The notes: generated by a model from the sequence alone, not told the origin. A stretch of 15,456 bases of DNA from Candidatus Krumholzibacteriia bacterium (GCA_036478295.1 JAZGDW010000183.1:1-15456), one strand, 5' to 3'; numbered from the stretch's first letter, positions 1 through 8,989 are shown. Numbers and translations are program-made.

Positions 1-378
1 ATAGCCGAGCCCCTCGCCGCTGCGCGTAAACTGCAGCGTAACCGGGCGGCCGGCGAGCACCGAGTCGGTGAAACCAGCGGGCACCACGAGCTGCCGGGTA
101 TAGGCGGCGAATTCCTCGTCCGTTTCCGGGCGGACGATCTGGTAGTCGTTTTCCTCCAGCCGCAGGGCTAGCTGCTCGACGAGAAAACCGGCGGACTCAT
201 CCGCTTTTAGAGCCACGTTCTCTTTTCTCGCGACCCCCGGCGCGAAGCCGCCGGTAATGGTGCCGATAAAATAGAAAAACACGATCGGCATCACAAAAAC
301 CCAGAAGAGCGTCTCTCGGGCGCGCAGCATATACTTGACATCTTTGCTTGCAATGAAGATCGCGTCTCGCAGCATCAT
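1..378 (-). CDS. ABC-2 type transporter permease (N-terminal part, runs off the left edge)
   Basis: Not in the ORF track. Manual translation from ATG at 378 (alternative ATG 375) gives MMLRDAIFIASKDVKYMLRARETLFWVFVMPIVFFYFIGTITGG..., open to position 1. It has the KD..R...FW...P N-terminal pattern plus a TM helix typical of ABC-2 permeases and starts 2 nt after the stop of the upstream permease. Confidence 0.88.
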   Translation of the reverse strand, partial: MMLRDAIFIASKDVKYMLRARETLFWVFVMPIVFFYFIGTITGGFAPGVARKENVALKADESAGFLVEQLALRLEENDYQIVRPETDEEFAAYTRQLVVPAGFTDSVLAGRPVTLQFTRSGEGLGY

Positions 379-380
379 TA

Positions 381-1631
381 TCAACCCCGGGCAAAACCAG
401 TGCGCAGGCGCCGCGCGCTCCACAGGAACAACACGGCCCCTGCCACAAGCAGCCCCGCGAAGACGCGGGCAAGTGTCGCCAACTCCATCCGCCCGAGCAG
501 AATCGCCTTCAGCTGGTCGAGCGCCCAACCGTTGGGCGTTAGCCGGCCGACGGCCGCCATCGCAGGGGGCATGGTCTCGAAGGGGAAGAAGCTCCCACCC
601 ACCATCATGAGTGGAAATATGATCGCCATGCTCAACACACCGGCGGTACGCTGGCTCGATGCATGGAGCTGGATGAGCATCATCATGACGGTGAGCACCG
701 CACCCGAAAAAACCGTCCATGCAACCGCAAGCGGAAATATCGTCGGCGACAGCCCGAAGTACCAGAAGCCGATCGGCAGGGTGATTAGGCAGACCACAAA
801 CATCATGCCCAGTCCGGAGAGCAGCTTGCCGGAAAGAAAAAAGAGTACGTTCTGCGGCGACACCATCACCCGCCGCAGCGTCTTCTTGTTGCGCTCCACC
901 CACAAGTCTGCGCTCAATCCCTGTGCCATGAAGAGGAGCGACATGAACAGGATGCCGGGCAGAAAAACCAGCGCATAACTGACCTCGTCTTCTTTCTCTT
1001 CCTCGGCGATTTCAGGCGCAGGGGACTCCACCTTGATCAAGGGCGGCGAGAGATAGGTGGCCAGCCGATCGGCGAGCCGGTTCACCTTGACACTGAACTC
1101 GCCGATGCGGGGATCGGAGAACGTGTTCGCCCCCGTGGGCGGTCCCTCGGCGAAGGTCTTCAGGTCTTCGCCGATCAGGCGATGCACGTAGAACAATGCG
1201 TCCACAAGAATGGTGAGGCTCTCTTCGACGATACCGGGCAGGATACGCTCGGACGGATTGGTCAACAGCTCCAGCGTGGTCGGTTCTTCCTTCAGCACCG
1301 CGTTTCCGAACCCCGGGGGAATGATGAGCAGTGCCGTGGCCTTACCCTTCCTGATCCGCTTCTCGCCATCTTCGCGCTCGACACTCTCGGCCTTGATCAT
1401 GCCCCCCATCGCGTCCTGGCTCAGGGCGCCCACGAGGAACCCGCTTATAAACGAATCGTCCTCGTCCACGACGAGGACATGCGCCTGGGGTTTGGGCCCG
1501 GAGCGTCCCCCACTCACCATCATGATCAAGGAGCCAATGATCAGGGGGATCCCGATCCACATGAGAAACGCCGTCGGATCGCGCCGGTAGCGCAGCCAGT
1601 CCTTCACCGCCGTGTTCCACACGAAGCGCAT
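381..1631 (-). CDS. ABC-2 type transporter permease with large extracytoplasmic domain
   Basis: 416 aa: N-terminal KDWLRYRRDP plus TM helix, long soluble loop (VVDED...IIPPGF), then about 5 C-terminal TM helices with ERNKKTLRRVMVSP and GGSFFP...LTPNGWA motifs. It lies directly downstream of an ABC ATPase. Confidence 0.92.
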   Translation of the reverse strand: MRFVWNTAVKDWLRYRRDPTAFLMWIGIPLIIGSLIMMVSGGRSGPKPQAHVLVVDEDDSFISGFLVGALSQDAMGGMIKAESVEREDGEKRIRKGKATALLIIPPGFGNAVLKEEPTTLELLTNPSERILPGIVEESLTILVDALFYVHRLIGEDLKTFAEGPPTGANTFSDPRIGEFSVKVNRLADRLATYLSPPLIKVESPAPEIAEEEKEDEVSYALVFLPGILFMSLLFMAQGLSADLWVERNKKTLRRVMVSPQNVLFFLSGKLLSGLGMMFVVCLITLPIGFWYFGLSPTIFPLAVAWTVFSGAVLTVMMMLIQLHASSQRTAGVLSMAIIFPLMMVGGSFFPFETMPPAMAAVGRLTPNGWALDQLKAILLGRMELATLARVFAGLLVAGAVLFLWSARRLRTGFARG

Positions 1632-1633
1632 CG

Positions 1634-2563
1634 CTATTCCCTGAGTTCCTTCCCGGTGAGTTTTATAAAGAGGGTCTCGAGGCTCGGCTGGGTGAGCGTT
1701 GTCTCTCGCACCTCCGCCCCCGCGTTGGAGAGCGCGCTGAAGATCTTCGAAAGTTTCGTGGAAGCATCGGGGATCGAAAGGGTGAGCGAATTCTCGTCGA
1801 GCTGGACCAGTTCGGTCTTGTCGAGACGCGCCAGGGGTTCACGTACCGCGTCAGGATCGAAGCTCCCCGTCAGACGCAGGATATCGCGTTCACCCACCAT
1901 GGCCCGCAGTTCGGGCAAGGTTCCCGCCGCAATAATCTTGCCGTGGTCGATGATGGCCAGTCGATCACAGAGGCTCTCCGCTTCTTCCATATAATGCGTC
2001 GTATAAAGTACGCAGGTGCCTTTTTGAGTCTGGCTCCGAACCAGATCGAGAAGCCGCACGCGGCTTTGTGGGTCGACGCCGACTGTGGGCTCGTCGAGGA
2101 GCAGGGCCTCCGGTTCATGGACGATGCCGCAGGCGAAATTCAAACGCCGCTTCATGCCGCCGCTGAACTTGCTGACCGGCTCGTTCGCCCGGTCGAGAAG
2201 TCCGGCCAGTTCGAGAACTTCGTTCACGCGCTGTTTGAGCCGCGTTCCGCCCATACCGTATGCCGTGCCCCAATAGGACAGGTTCTCGCGTGCGGACAGG
2301 TCCTCGTAGAGCGCCAGCTCCTGGGGCACGACGCCGAGCTTCCTGCGCGACGCGGGGCCGTCGGTGACGACGTCATGACCGAGTACGGTGATCCGGCCCG
2401 CGGTCGGCTTCAACAGACCGCCGATGCAGCTGATGGTCGTGGTTTTGCCGGCACCGTTGGGTCCCAGCAGCCCGAAGATGACCCCGGGCTCGGCGGCAAA
2501 GCTCACATCGTCAACGGCGGTCAGATCGCCATACTGCTTGCGCAGCCCTTTGACCTCGATCAA
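1634..2563 (-). CDS. ABC transporter ATP-binding protein (ABC-2/DrrA-like exporter ATPase)
   Basis: Walker A GPNGAGKTT, signature FSGGMKRR, Walker B LLLDEPT, H-loop TTHY, C-terminal PSLETLFIKLTG. The start was moved from 2713 to TTG at 2563 (MIEVKGLRKQYG) because GGAGG lies at 2571-2575 and a promoter lies between 2713 and 2563. Confidence 0.95.
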   Translation of the reverse strand: MIEVKGLRKQYGDLTAVDDVSFAAEPGVIFGLLGPNGAGKTTTISCIGGLLKPTAGRITVLGHDVVTDGPASRRKLGVVPQELALYEDLSARENLSYWGTAYGMGGTRLKQRVNEVLELAGLLDRANEPVSKFSGGMKRRLNFACGIVHEPEALLLDEPTVGVDPQSRVRLLDLVRSQTQKGTCVLYTTHYMEEAESLCDRLAIIDHGKIIAAGTLPELRAMVGERDILRLTGSFDPDAVREPLARLDKTELVQLDENSLTLSIPDASTKLSKIFSALSNAGAEVRETTLTQPSLETLFIKLTGKELRE

Positions 2564-2614
2564 GCAACTTCCTCCCTGGTAAAGCGTTTGGTCGCGCTGT
2601 TTGGGTAGGATACC

Positions 2615-2643
2615 AGCATATGCCACAACCGCCTCTTTTGCAA
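2615..2643 (-). promoter_or_regulatory. Putative sigma-70 promoter of the ABC exporter operon
   Basis: The minus strand reads TTGCAA (2643-2638), a 17 nt spacer, then TATGCT (2620-2615), about 50 nt upstream of the proposed TTG start. Confidence 0.55.
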
Positions 2644-2962
2644 GGAGCCCGGGGCCGGCGGAGTCTTTCCCCCTCACGGGCTGTGGCTGCGCAGTTTGGG
2701 CGGCGGTCCGCACTACTCACGGCAGATGGTGCCGGGCGGCAACAAGTACAGGGGCCAACCGGAAACATCCGTTTTTTTTCTTCACCGCGCGGAAATGGGG
2801 AAATTTTGCACGAACCTTGCATCAAACTCCGCGGACGTTGAGCGACCGGCCGATCCTGGCAGTAGAAGCACTTGATAGATAACTTAATTGTGTTTAACGA
2901 GTTAGGTGTATGGCGTCACCTGGCGCCCCAGTGACATCTTGCAAGACACGCGCTCACAGAAT

Positions 2963-3469
2963 ATGCGCCCGTATGGGTCTGGGCCGAACCGATTTCCACT
3001 CGAGGTGTGGGGTGGCGCATGCGCGCACCGGATTTGGAGTGGGTTCACTTTGATCGAGATTCTTATCGTCCTCGCGATCCTGGGCACCATAGCGGCCTTC
3101 GCGATTCCGGCATACACGCGAGCCGTCGACAACGCCAAAGTTGCCGCGGCCATCGGTGACATCCGTGCGTTGGAAAACGACGTATCGGCCTACGAAGCGG
3201 TGAACGGAAAACCGCCGGACACGCTCGACCAGATCAATCGCGGTGGGTTGGTGGACCCCTGGCAGCGACCATACGAATACTTAGTCTTCAGTGGCAACAA
3301 GGGAACCGCGCGCAAGGACAAGTTTCTCGTGCCGTTGAACTCGACCTATGATCTTTACAGCAGAGGCAAGGACGGGAAAACCAAATTGCCCCTGAACACC
3401 AAGGTGAGCTGGGATGACGTCATCCGTGCCAACGACGGCGCCTACGTGGGTCTGGCTTCGGGTTATTAA
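2963..3469 (+). CDS. Prepilin-type N-terminal cleavage/methylation protein, GspG-like pseudopilin
   Basis: Class III signal G|FTLIEILIVLAILGTIAAFAIP with E5, plus GspG-like motifs DPWQRPYEY and YDLYSRGKDG. The start is uncertain (GTG 2906, ATG 2963 or GTG about 3005). Confidence 0.88.
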   Translation: MRPYGSGPNRFPLEVWGGACAHRIWSGFTLIEILIVLAILGTIAAFAIPAYTRAVDNAKVAAAIGDIRALENDVSAYEAVNGKPPDTLDQINRGGLVDPWQRPYEYLVFSGNKGTARKDKFLVPLNSTYDLYSRGKDGKTKLPLNTKVSWDDVIRANDGAYVGLASGY

Positions 3470-3506
3470 TCCTTGGCAGGTCTCACCCCGGTATAGGAAC
3501 AACATT

Positions 3507-5684
3507 ATGAGAATCGATACGACAATCTTTCGCAGCAAGTTCGCTCAACGGATGTTTGCGCTCTTCATCTTGTGTGCGGCCCTGCCCATGGCGGCCCTGG
3601 CGATTCTTTCATTCAGCCAGGTGACGAAGCAACTCAGTGAGCAGAGCTGGCGGCGACTTCGACAGGCCAGCAAGTCGATGGGCATGGGCATCAACGAGCG
3701 GCTGGTTCTTCTGGAAACCGAAATGAAAATGGTCGTGTGGACTCTGCGTGATGGGTCAACCAACGTCCCTGAACAGGGCGCTGGAAGCTATAGTGAGCGT
3801 CTGGCCCGGCCGTTCAAGGGGGTCGCAGTCGTTTCTAAGGCGGGAGAGTCGAAAAGCCTGTTTGGCAGTGTGCCTGATCTCGGGCAACCGACTTCGGCGG
3901 AATGGGAACATCTCCGATCCGGAGCGACACTTCTTTCCACCTATCATCGCGCCGGCCATGCGCCAGAAATATGCCTGACCATGATTCTGGATCCGGAGCG
4001 GCCCGGGCGGGGCGTCGTGCGTGCCGTGATCGAGTCGGCATTTCTCTGGGGGCTCCCCGGTGAGAACCCGCTGCCACCCTCGATGGAAGTTTGCATCCTG
4101 GACCAATCGAATCGGGTGATCTTCAGCACCCATCCCGTCGAGGGACCATTCCTGGAGCAGGCGGTGACCCACGCCAGGCGATCCCACTCTGGGCGCTTCG
4201 AGTGGGCGTACGACGACGACAAGTATATCGCCAACTACTGGTCCCTATTCCTGAAGGCCGCCTATTACGTCCCCACTTGGACGGTGGTGACCAGCGAATC
4301 CAGGGTCAGTGCGTTCTCTGCCATGGCTGATTTTACGAGGAACTTTGTCTTTGTCCTCGTCATGACGGTGTGGGTGGTGCTGCTTTTGAGCATCGGCCAG
4401 ATCCGGAAGAGGCTGGTTCCCCTGGAGAGGCTCCTCGCCGCCACCCGGGCCATCGCCCGAAGTGACTTTACGAAACGCGTGAGGATAAAGACCGGGGATG
4501 AGTTGGAAGCACTCGCCGACTCGTTCAACAGCATGGCCGAACGCCTTGGCAAGCAGTTCAATGCCTTGACCACCATCGCCGAAATCGACCGGGAAATTCT
4601 CTCGACTCTGGACACGAGAAAAATGGCGGATGCGCTGCTCTACCGTATGGGCGATGTGCTGCCCTGCGATGACATTAGCGTCATTCTGGTGGACAAGCGC
4701 GAGAACAACGTTCTCAAAACCTACGTCCGGACACGGGATTCCCGGGAAGTAACGACGTTTCAGGATGCCGCGTTTACCGAGGAGGAATTGCACAGACTTC
4801 AGGAAAACCCGGAGACCCTGATCCTGGATGGGAACGAGGCCCCGCCACGCTACCTCCAAACGCTGGTCGATGCGGGCTCGAAATCATTCGTGCTCCTGCC
4901 GATCTTCGTCAAGCGCGATTTGAGCGGCATTGTGAGCCTCGGCTCTGCGCGAAGCATAAAGCATAGCGAAGGAGATTTACTCAGGGCACGTCAAGTCGTC
5001 GACCAGGTCGCCGTCGCCCTGTCCAATGCCCGTCTCGTCGACGAGCTTGACGAGCTCAACTGGGGAACGCTTACCGCTCTGGGGTGGACCATCGACGCAA
5101 GGTCTCACTGGACGGCGGGCCACAGCAAGGGAGTCGTCAAGCTGGCCCTGAAACTCGGGCGGGAGTTGAATCTTTCAAAGGAGGAGTTGGACAATTTACA
5201 CCGAGGCGCGTTGCTGCACGACATCGGCAAGATTGGCGTACCATCTGAGATCCTCGACAAACCCGGGAAGCTCACCCCGGAAGAGAGGCGAATCATGCAA
5301 GAACATGTCCTTCACGGTGCGCGTATCCTCGAACCCATTACGGCCTACGCCGGCGTACTCCCCATCGTCCGGCAACATCACGAGTGGTACGACGGATCGG
5401 GATACCCGTTTGGGCTGGTCGGGGAGGAGATAGATCTCAAGGCACGCATTTTCGCCGTTGCCGATTGCTTCGATGCGCTTCTCGCAGATCGGCCATACCG
5501 GCCCTCCGTGGGTCTCGCCGGCGCCATCGACTTCGTCCGCCAGGGAGCAAGGACCCAGTTCGATCCCAGGGTGGTCGAGGCGTTCCTGGCGCTCATGGAG
5601 CGGGAGGCCACCGAGGTGGAAGGCGGCGAGCCAAAGGCGGCGGATCGAGCGGAGCCGGTGTCGGTACGTTCGGAGGAATCCTGA
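3507..5684 (+). CDS. Membrane-bound HD-GYP phosphodiesterase (TM-extracytoplasmic sensor-TM-HAMP-GAF-HD-GYP), probable c-di-GMP hydrolase
   Basis: Two TM helices flank a roughly 270 aa extracytoplasmic region. These are followed by HAMP (PLERLLAATRAIARSDFTKRVRIKTGDELEALADSFNSM), a GAF-like region (LLPIFVKRDLSGIVSLG...QVAVALSNARL) and HD-GYP motifs (GHS, LLHDIGK, HHEWYDGSGYP, DCFDAL...RPYR). ATG 3507 after AGGA is preferred over 3414, which overlaps the pilin gene. Confidence 0.93.
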   Translation: MRIDTTIFRSKFAQRMFALFILCAALPMAALAILSFSQVTKQLSEQSWRRLRQASKSMGMGINERLVLLETEMKMVVWTLRDGSTNVPEQGAGSYSERLARPFKGVAVVSKAGESKSLFGSVPDLGQPTSAEWEHLRSGATLLSTYHRAGHAPEICLTMILDPERPGRGVVRAVIESAFLWGLPGENPLPPSMEVCILDQSNRVIFSTHPVEGPFLEQAVTHARRSHSGRFEWAYDDDKYIANYWSLFLKAAYYVPTWTVVTSESRVSAFSAMADFTRNFVFVLVMTVWVVLLLSIGQIRKRLVPLERLLAATRAIARSDFTKRVRIKTGDELEALADSFNSMAERLGKQFNALTTIAEIDREILSTLDTRKMADALLYRMGDVLPCDDISVILVDKRENNVLKTYVRTRDSREVTTFQDAAFTEEELHRLQENPETLILDGNEAPPRYLQTLVDAGSKSFVLLPIFVKRDLSGIVSLGSARSIKHSEGDLLRARQVVDQVAVALSNARLVDELDELNWGTLTALGWTIDARSHWTAGHSKGVVKLALKLGRELNLSKEELDNLHRGALLHDIGKIGVPSEILDKPGKLTPEERRIMQEHVLHGARILEPITAYAGVLPIVRQHHEWYDGSGYPFGLVGEEIDLKARIFAVADCFDALLADRPYRPSVGLAGAIDFVRQGARTQFDPRVVEAFLALMEREATEVEGGEPKAADRAEPVSVRSEES

Positions 5685-5688
5685 CGAT

Positions 5689-6054
5689 ATGCAAAAGCGA
5701 AAGTTACAGATGGCAGTCATGGCTTTGGTTTTCCTTGCCGGTTGCAAGCAGGCAGTGAGCGTTCCGGACCTGTTGATCGGAGAGTGGAGAACGGAAGCGC
5801 CGAAGTACGCGGATAGGTCTCTGGTGATTACTTCGGATCAGCTTATTTTCGGAACCGGTAACGGAAACGTTGACGTGAAACGTATCGTTAGAGTCGACGA
5901 GCTCCGGGAGGAGCAAGGCATTTCATACACGATTTACTATGGCAATCCCGGGGAGCCCGAATATCGATTGATCCTGTGCTATGAGGAAAGAGGTGGCGGA
6001 GTTATCCGCCTGAAAAATCAGAACCAGATTGAGTGGACCAAAGGAGGACTCTAA
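5689..6054 (+). CDS. Small hypothetical lipoprotein (121 aa)
   Basis: ATG at 5689 with GGAGG at 5672-5676, 4 nt after the HD-GYP stop. The N-terminus MQKRKLQMAVMALVFLAGC has a basic n-region, an h-region and the lipobox LAG-C. The mature part is beta-rich (LIGEW motif). The ORF-track start at 5458 lies inside the HD-GYP gene. Confidence 0.75.
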   Translation: MQKRKLQMAVMALVFLAGCKQAVSVPDLLIGEWRTEAPKYADRSLVITSDQLIFGTGNGNVDVKRIVRVDELREEQGISYTIYYGNPGEPEYRLILCYEERGGGVIRLKNQNQIEWTKGGL

Positions 6055-6723
6055 ATGAGCACGCGAACACCAAGAAGAAGCAAGATAATCATGAACGCTT
6101 TTCAATTGCGCTTGATGATCGTCTACTTGATCCATTTCTTTGCGATCTTGCTGGTATTTGTGGGCATGCTCTTTGTGCCCTTGATGACCAAACTCAACGA
6201 CGGAAACCTGTCAGTGCTCGAGGAGCAAGAGGTGGCAAGACAGTTCCTGGCGCTGCACTCCCAGATGTGGCCGGCGCTGGGAATGGTCCTCGCACTTCTC
6301 ATTCTCCATTCCGTCGTGGTGTCGCACAGAATTGCGGGGCCGATGCAACGGTTAAGGGATGCCTTGAAGACGATTGGGGAAGGCGATCTCACTACCCGGA
6401 TATCGTTTCGTAAGAATGACTATCTGGCGGACACGGCCGCGGATATAAACAAGTTGACCGTATTGCTGGCGGTCAAGGTCACAGAGCTTGAAAAGAACCA
6501 CCGGGCAGCCAGGGCGGCGTTCGCCTATTTGAGACGCTCGCTGGTAGACGGACGCCCGGACCTCACCGAACGGAAATTGGAAGAACTCAATACCCATGTG
6601 ATGGCCATCGAGCAGTGGCTTCAGGAATTTGAGCTTCCCACCGGGGACGCCTGGGACGATGATGCAGATCGGACGGTCGATGACTCGGCGCAGAAAGCTG
6701 AAGAAGTAGAAGTCGAAGCGTAG
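6055..6723 (+). CDS. Two-TM HAMP-domain membrane protein without catalytic output domain
   Basis: RBS AAGGAGG in the end of the upstream gene; the ATG directly follows its TAA. Two hydrophobic helices, HAMP SHRIAGPMQRLRDALKTIGEGDLTTRISFRKNDYLADTAADINKL, a short coiled coil and an acidic tail. Confidence 0.82.
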   Translation: MSTRTPRRSKIIMNAFQLRLMIVYLIHFFAILLVFVGMLFVPLMTKLNDGNLSVLEEQEVARQFLALHSQMWPALGMVLALLILHSVVVSHRIAGPMQRLRDALKTIGEGDLTTRISFRKNDYLADTAADINKLTVLLAVKVTELEKNHRAARAAFAYLRRSLVDGRPDLTERKLEELNTHVMAIEQWLQEFELPTGDAWDDDADRTVDDSAQKAEEVEVEA

Positions 6724-6925
6724 GTACAGACTGGGACGCCGCAGTCCCATTCGGACGGACCCTATCGCGATGTAACGCATCCGCAAACCACAGACCCCTT
6801 TCCATGGTCTGGAGCCGGTGGCGGCAGACGTGCTCACAGAAGAGCACGCCTTTCGGGCCCCTGCCTGTCATACCACCCCATCTCAATTTTTGGGCCTTAG
6901 CGCCTCACCGGCGGGCCGCCTACCT

Positions 6926-6936
6926 TGTGTTATAAT
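6926..6936 (+). promoter_or_regulatory. Extended -10 promoter for the sigma-54 activator gene
   Basis: TGTGT-TATAAT (TATAAT at 6931-6936) is a perfect TRTGnTATAAT element in an AT-rich patch, about 70 nt upstream of ATG 7005. Confidence 0.65.
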
Positions 6937-7004
6937 AAATAACCACAGCGCGTGCGACAACCGTCTTCGTAGTACCTTTCGGATCAGGGAGAACGGCAAG
7001 AGCG

Positions 7005-8447
7005 ATGGATTTCCACAAGTCAAAAGAGCAATCGGCTTATGACGTCGAGTATTATCGCCGGGTCCTCGAAAACATCCCGGCCGAGATCGGTGTCTTCGAT
7101 GCAGAGGGCCGCTTCGTCTTCGATACGCCCACCGGTATAAAGGATCCCTCGGTGCGTGAGTGGGTCATCGGAAAGACCCACCATGACTACGCTCGTAAGA
7201 GAAACCTCCCCGAGTCGTTTGCCGATGAGCGGCAAAAGCACATCGACCGGTGCGTCAGGGAAAACAAAACCATTGAGTTTGAGGAACTCATCATAGACCC
7301 GTCGGGGAACCCACGACACTATATGCGGTGTTTCTGTCCGGTCGAGGACGAGTCGGGCAAGGTCACGCACGTGATCGGCTACGGCCACGAAATCACCGAT
7401 CTGAAGAAAACGGAAGAAGCACTTCGCACTGCTCTGGCCGAAGTCGAGCAGCTGAAAAACCGTCTGGAGGCGGAAAACATCTACCTGCAGGAGGAAATAA
7501 GGCTCGAGCATAATTTCGGAGACATCATCTGCCGGAGCAAGTTGTTCAAGAAAGTGCTGAGGCAGGTGGAACAGGTGGCCGCGACCGATTCCACTGTCCT
7601 GGTGCTGGGCGAGTCCGGCACCGGCAAGGAACTGCTTGCCCGCGCGGTTCATGACATCAGTCCGCGGAGAAACCGGCCCCTGGTCAAGGTGAACTGCGCG
7701 GCGCTCCCCGCGACTCTCATCGAAAGCGAGTTATTCGGCCATGAAAAGGGCGCGTTCACGGGAGCGCTCTCGCGCAGGATAGGCCGCTTCGAACTGGCGG
7801 ATGGCGGCACCATCTTTCTCGATGAGATCGGAGATCTGTCGCTGGAACTGCAGGCGAATCTCCTGCGCGTGCTGCAGGATGGGGAGTTCGAGCGGGTGGG
7901 CGGAACACACACGATAAAAGTAGACGTTCGCATCATCGCCGCAACCAACCGCGATCTCGAACAGGCGGTGGGGGAGGGGGAGTTCAGGGAGGATCTGTTC
8001 TACCGATTGAACGTATTTCCGATCAAGAGTCCCCCACTTCGTGACCGCAAAGAGGACATTCCCCTGCTGGTGAAGCACTTCATCAAGAAGCACGGGGCAA
8101 AAATAGCGACGCGCATCGAAACCGTTCCGAAAAAAGCCATGGACGCCCTGCAGGCCTACCACTGGCCGGGTAACGTGCGCGAACTGGAAAACATCGTCGA
8201 ACGCGCGCTGGTGGTCAGCCGCGGAAAAACGTTCGAGCTGGGAGAGTGGTTTTCAAAAGCATCCGGTCCGCCGAAACCATCCGGTATCGTCACACTCGAA
8301 GAGGGTGAGCGGCAGCATATCAAAGACGCCCTCGACTTGACCGGCTGGCGTGTGAGTGGGGAGAAGGGAGCCGCCAAACTCCTCGGCATCAATCCGAAAA
8401 CGCTTGAATCGCGAATGAGAAAGCTGAACATAGAGCGCGCGCGGTAA
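7005..8447 (+). CDS. PAS-domain sigma-54-dependent transcriptional activator (bacterial enhancer-binding protein, FhlA/HyfR-like)
   Basis: N-terminal PAS/PAC ending [13 protein letters not shown], coiled coil [12 protein letters not shown], Walker [15 protein letters not shown] loop, Walker [18 protein letters not shown] and C-terminal [23 protein letters not shown]. Confidence 0.96.
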   Translation: MDFHKSKEQSAYDVEYYRRVLENIPAEIGVFDAEGRFVFDTPTGIKDPSVREWVIGKTHHDYARKRNLPESFADERQKHIDRCVRENKTIEFEELIIDPSGNPRHYMRCFCPVEDESGKVTHVIGYGHEITDLKKTEEALRTALAEVEQLKNRLEAENIYLQEEIRLEHNFGDIICRSKLFKKVLRQVEQVAATDSTVLVLGESGTGKELLARAVHDISPRRNRPLVKVNCAALPATLIESELFGHEKGAFTGALSRRIGRFELADGGTIFLDEIGDLSLELQANLLRVLQDGEFERVGGTHTIKVDVRIIAATNRDLEQAVGEGEFREDLFYRLNVFPIKSPPLRDRKEDIPLLVKHFIKKHGAKIATRIETVPKKAMDALQAYHWPGNVRELENIVERALVVSRGKTFELGEWFSKASGPPKPSGIVTLEEGERQHIKDALDLTGWRVSGEKGAAKLLGINPKTLESRMRKLNIERAR

Positions 8448-8450
8448 AAA

Positions 8451-8484
8451 TCCCCGTATTTAGGGAATCCCTGATATTCAGGGA
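8451..8484 (+). promoter_or_regulatory. Tandem palindromes, candidate upstream activating sequences (bEBP binding sites)
   Basis: TCCCCGTATTTAGGGA (8451-8466) and the perfect inverted repeat TCCCTGA-TAT-TCAGGGA (8468-8484), about 100-130 nt upstream of a -24/-12 like element. Confidence 0.6.
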
Positions 8485-8582
8485 AACCTTCCTTCGGTAA
8501 CGGCCCGCGGTTCCACCGGCATCATCTACATAACTCGGCTCTTCAAAAGCGCTTGGACTTATCTCCGGGCGGTTTTTTCTTT

Positions 8583-8598
8583 TGGCACGTTGCTTGTA
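8583..8598 (+). promoter_or_regulatory. Putative sigma-54 (-24/-12) promoter
   Basis: TGGCACG-TTGC-TTGTA versus consensus TGGCACG-N4-TTGCW: perfect -24 box and correct spacing, with -12 GC replaced by GT. It lies between the bEBP gene and thioredoxin. Confidence 0.7.
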
Positions 8599-8659
8599 AT
8601 AGGGTTCAGGCAAATCGCTCACGTGAATCATCCGAACATCGCAGAAGGAGGGTCGAACA

Positions 8660-8989
8660 ATGGAGACCAAAACCACCATCACACTGACCGAGGACAACTT
8701 CGAAGAAGAAGTATTGAACAGCGGGGACATCGTTGTCGTGGACTTCTGGGCGGACTGGTGCGGGCCGTGTCATGTCATCGCGCCCGTTATCGAAGAGCTG
8801 GCCGACGAGTACGAGGGCCGCGTGAAAATCGGCAAGCTGGATACCGAGGCAAGTCCCAAGATCGCGGAGCGGTTCGGGATTCGCTCGATACCCACACTGC
8901 TCTTTTTCAAAGACGGACAGATTGTCGATCAGGCCATTGGCGCGCTGCCGAAGAGTGTCCTGGTCGAAAAACTCAATCAACTGCTGTGA
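8660..8989 (+). CDS. trxA: Thioredoxin
   Basis: 109 aa with VVDFWADWCGPC active site, cis-Pro motif SIPT and GALPK; RBS AAGGAGG upstream. Confidence 0.96.
   Translation: METKTTITLTEDNFEEEVLNSGDIVVVDFWADWCGPCHVIAPVIEELADEYEGRVKIGKLDTEASPKIAERFGIRSIPTLLFFKDGQIVDQAIGALPKSVLVEKLNQLL

Noticed and set aside
2564..2713. N-terminal 50 aa extension of the ABC ATPase in the ORF track
   Set aside because: The sequence is not ABC-like; a promoter and an SD-linked TTG start lie within or after it.
2806..2821. Functional sigma-54 promoter for the pilin cluster
   Set aside because: It has TG in place of the invariant -24 GG, so it is not called as a feature.
6724..6830. Possible c-di-GMP-I (GEMM) riboswitch (GCAAACC, small hairpins TGGGAC/GTCCCA and CAGACC/GGTCTG)
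   Set aside because: The GNRA tetraloop/receptor arrangement and P1 pairing could not be built; only scattered short similarities are present.
8660..8989. Read-through or Sec at the TGA stops of thioredoxin, HD-GYP and permease
   Set aside because: These TGAs come at the natural domain ends, not at Cys-equivalent positions; thioredoxin has an ordinary CGPC site.
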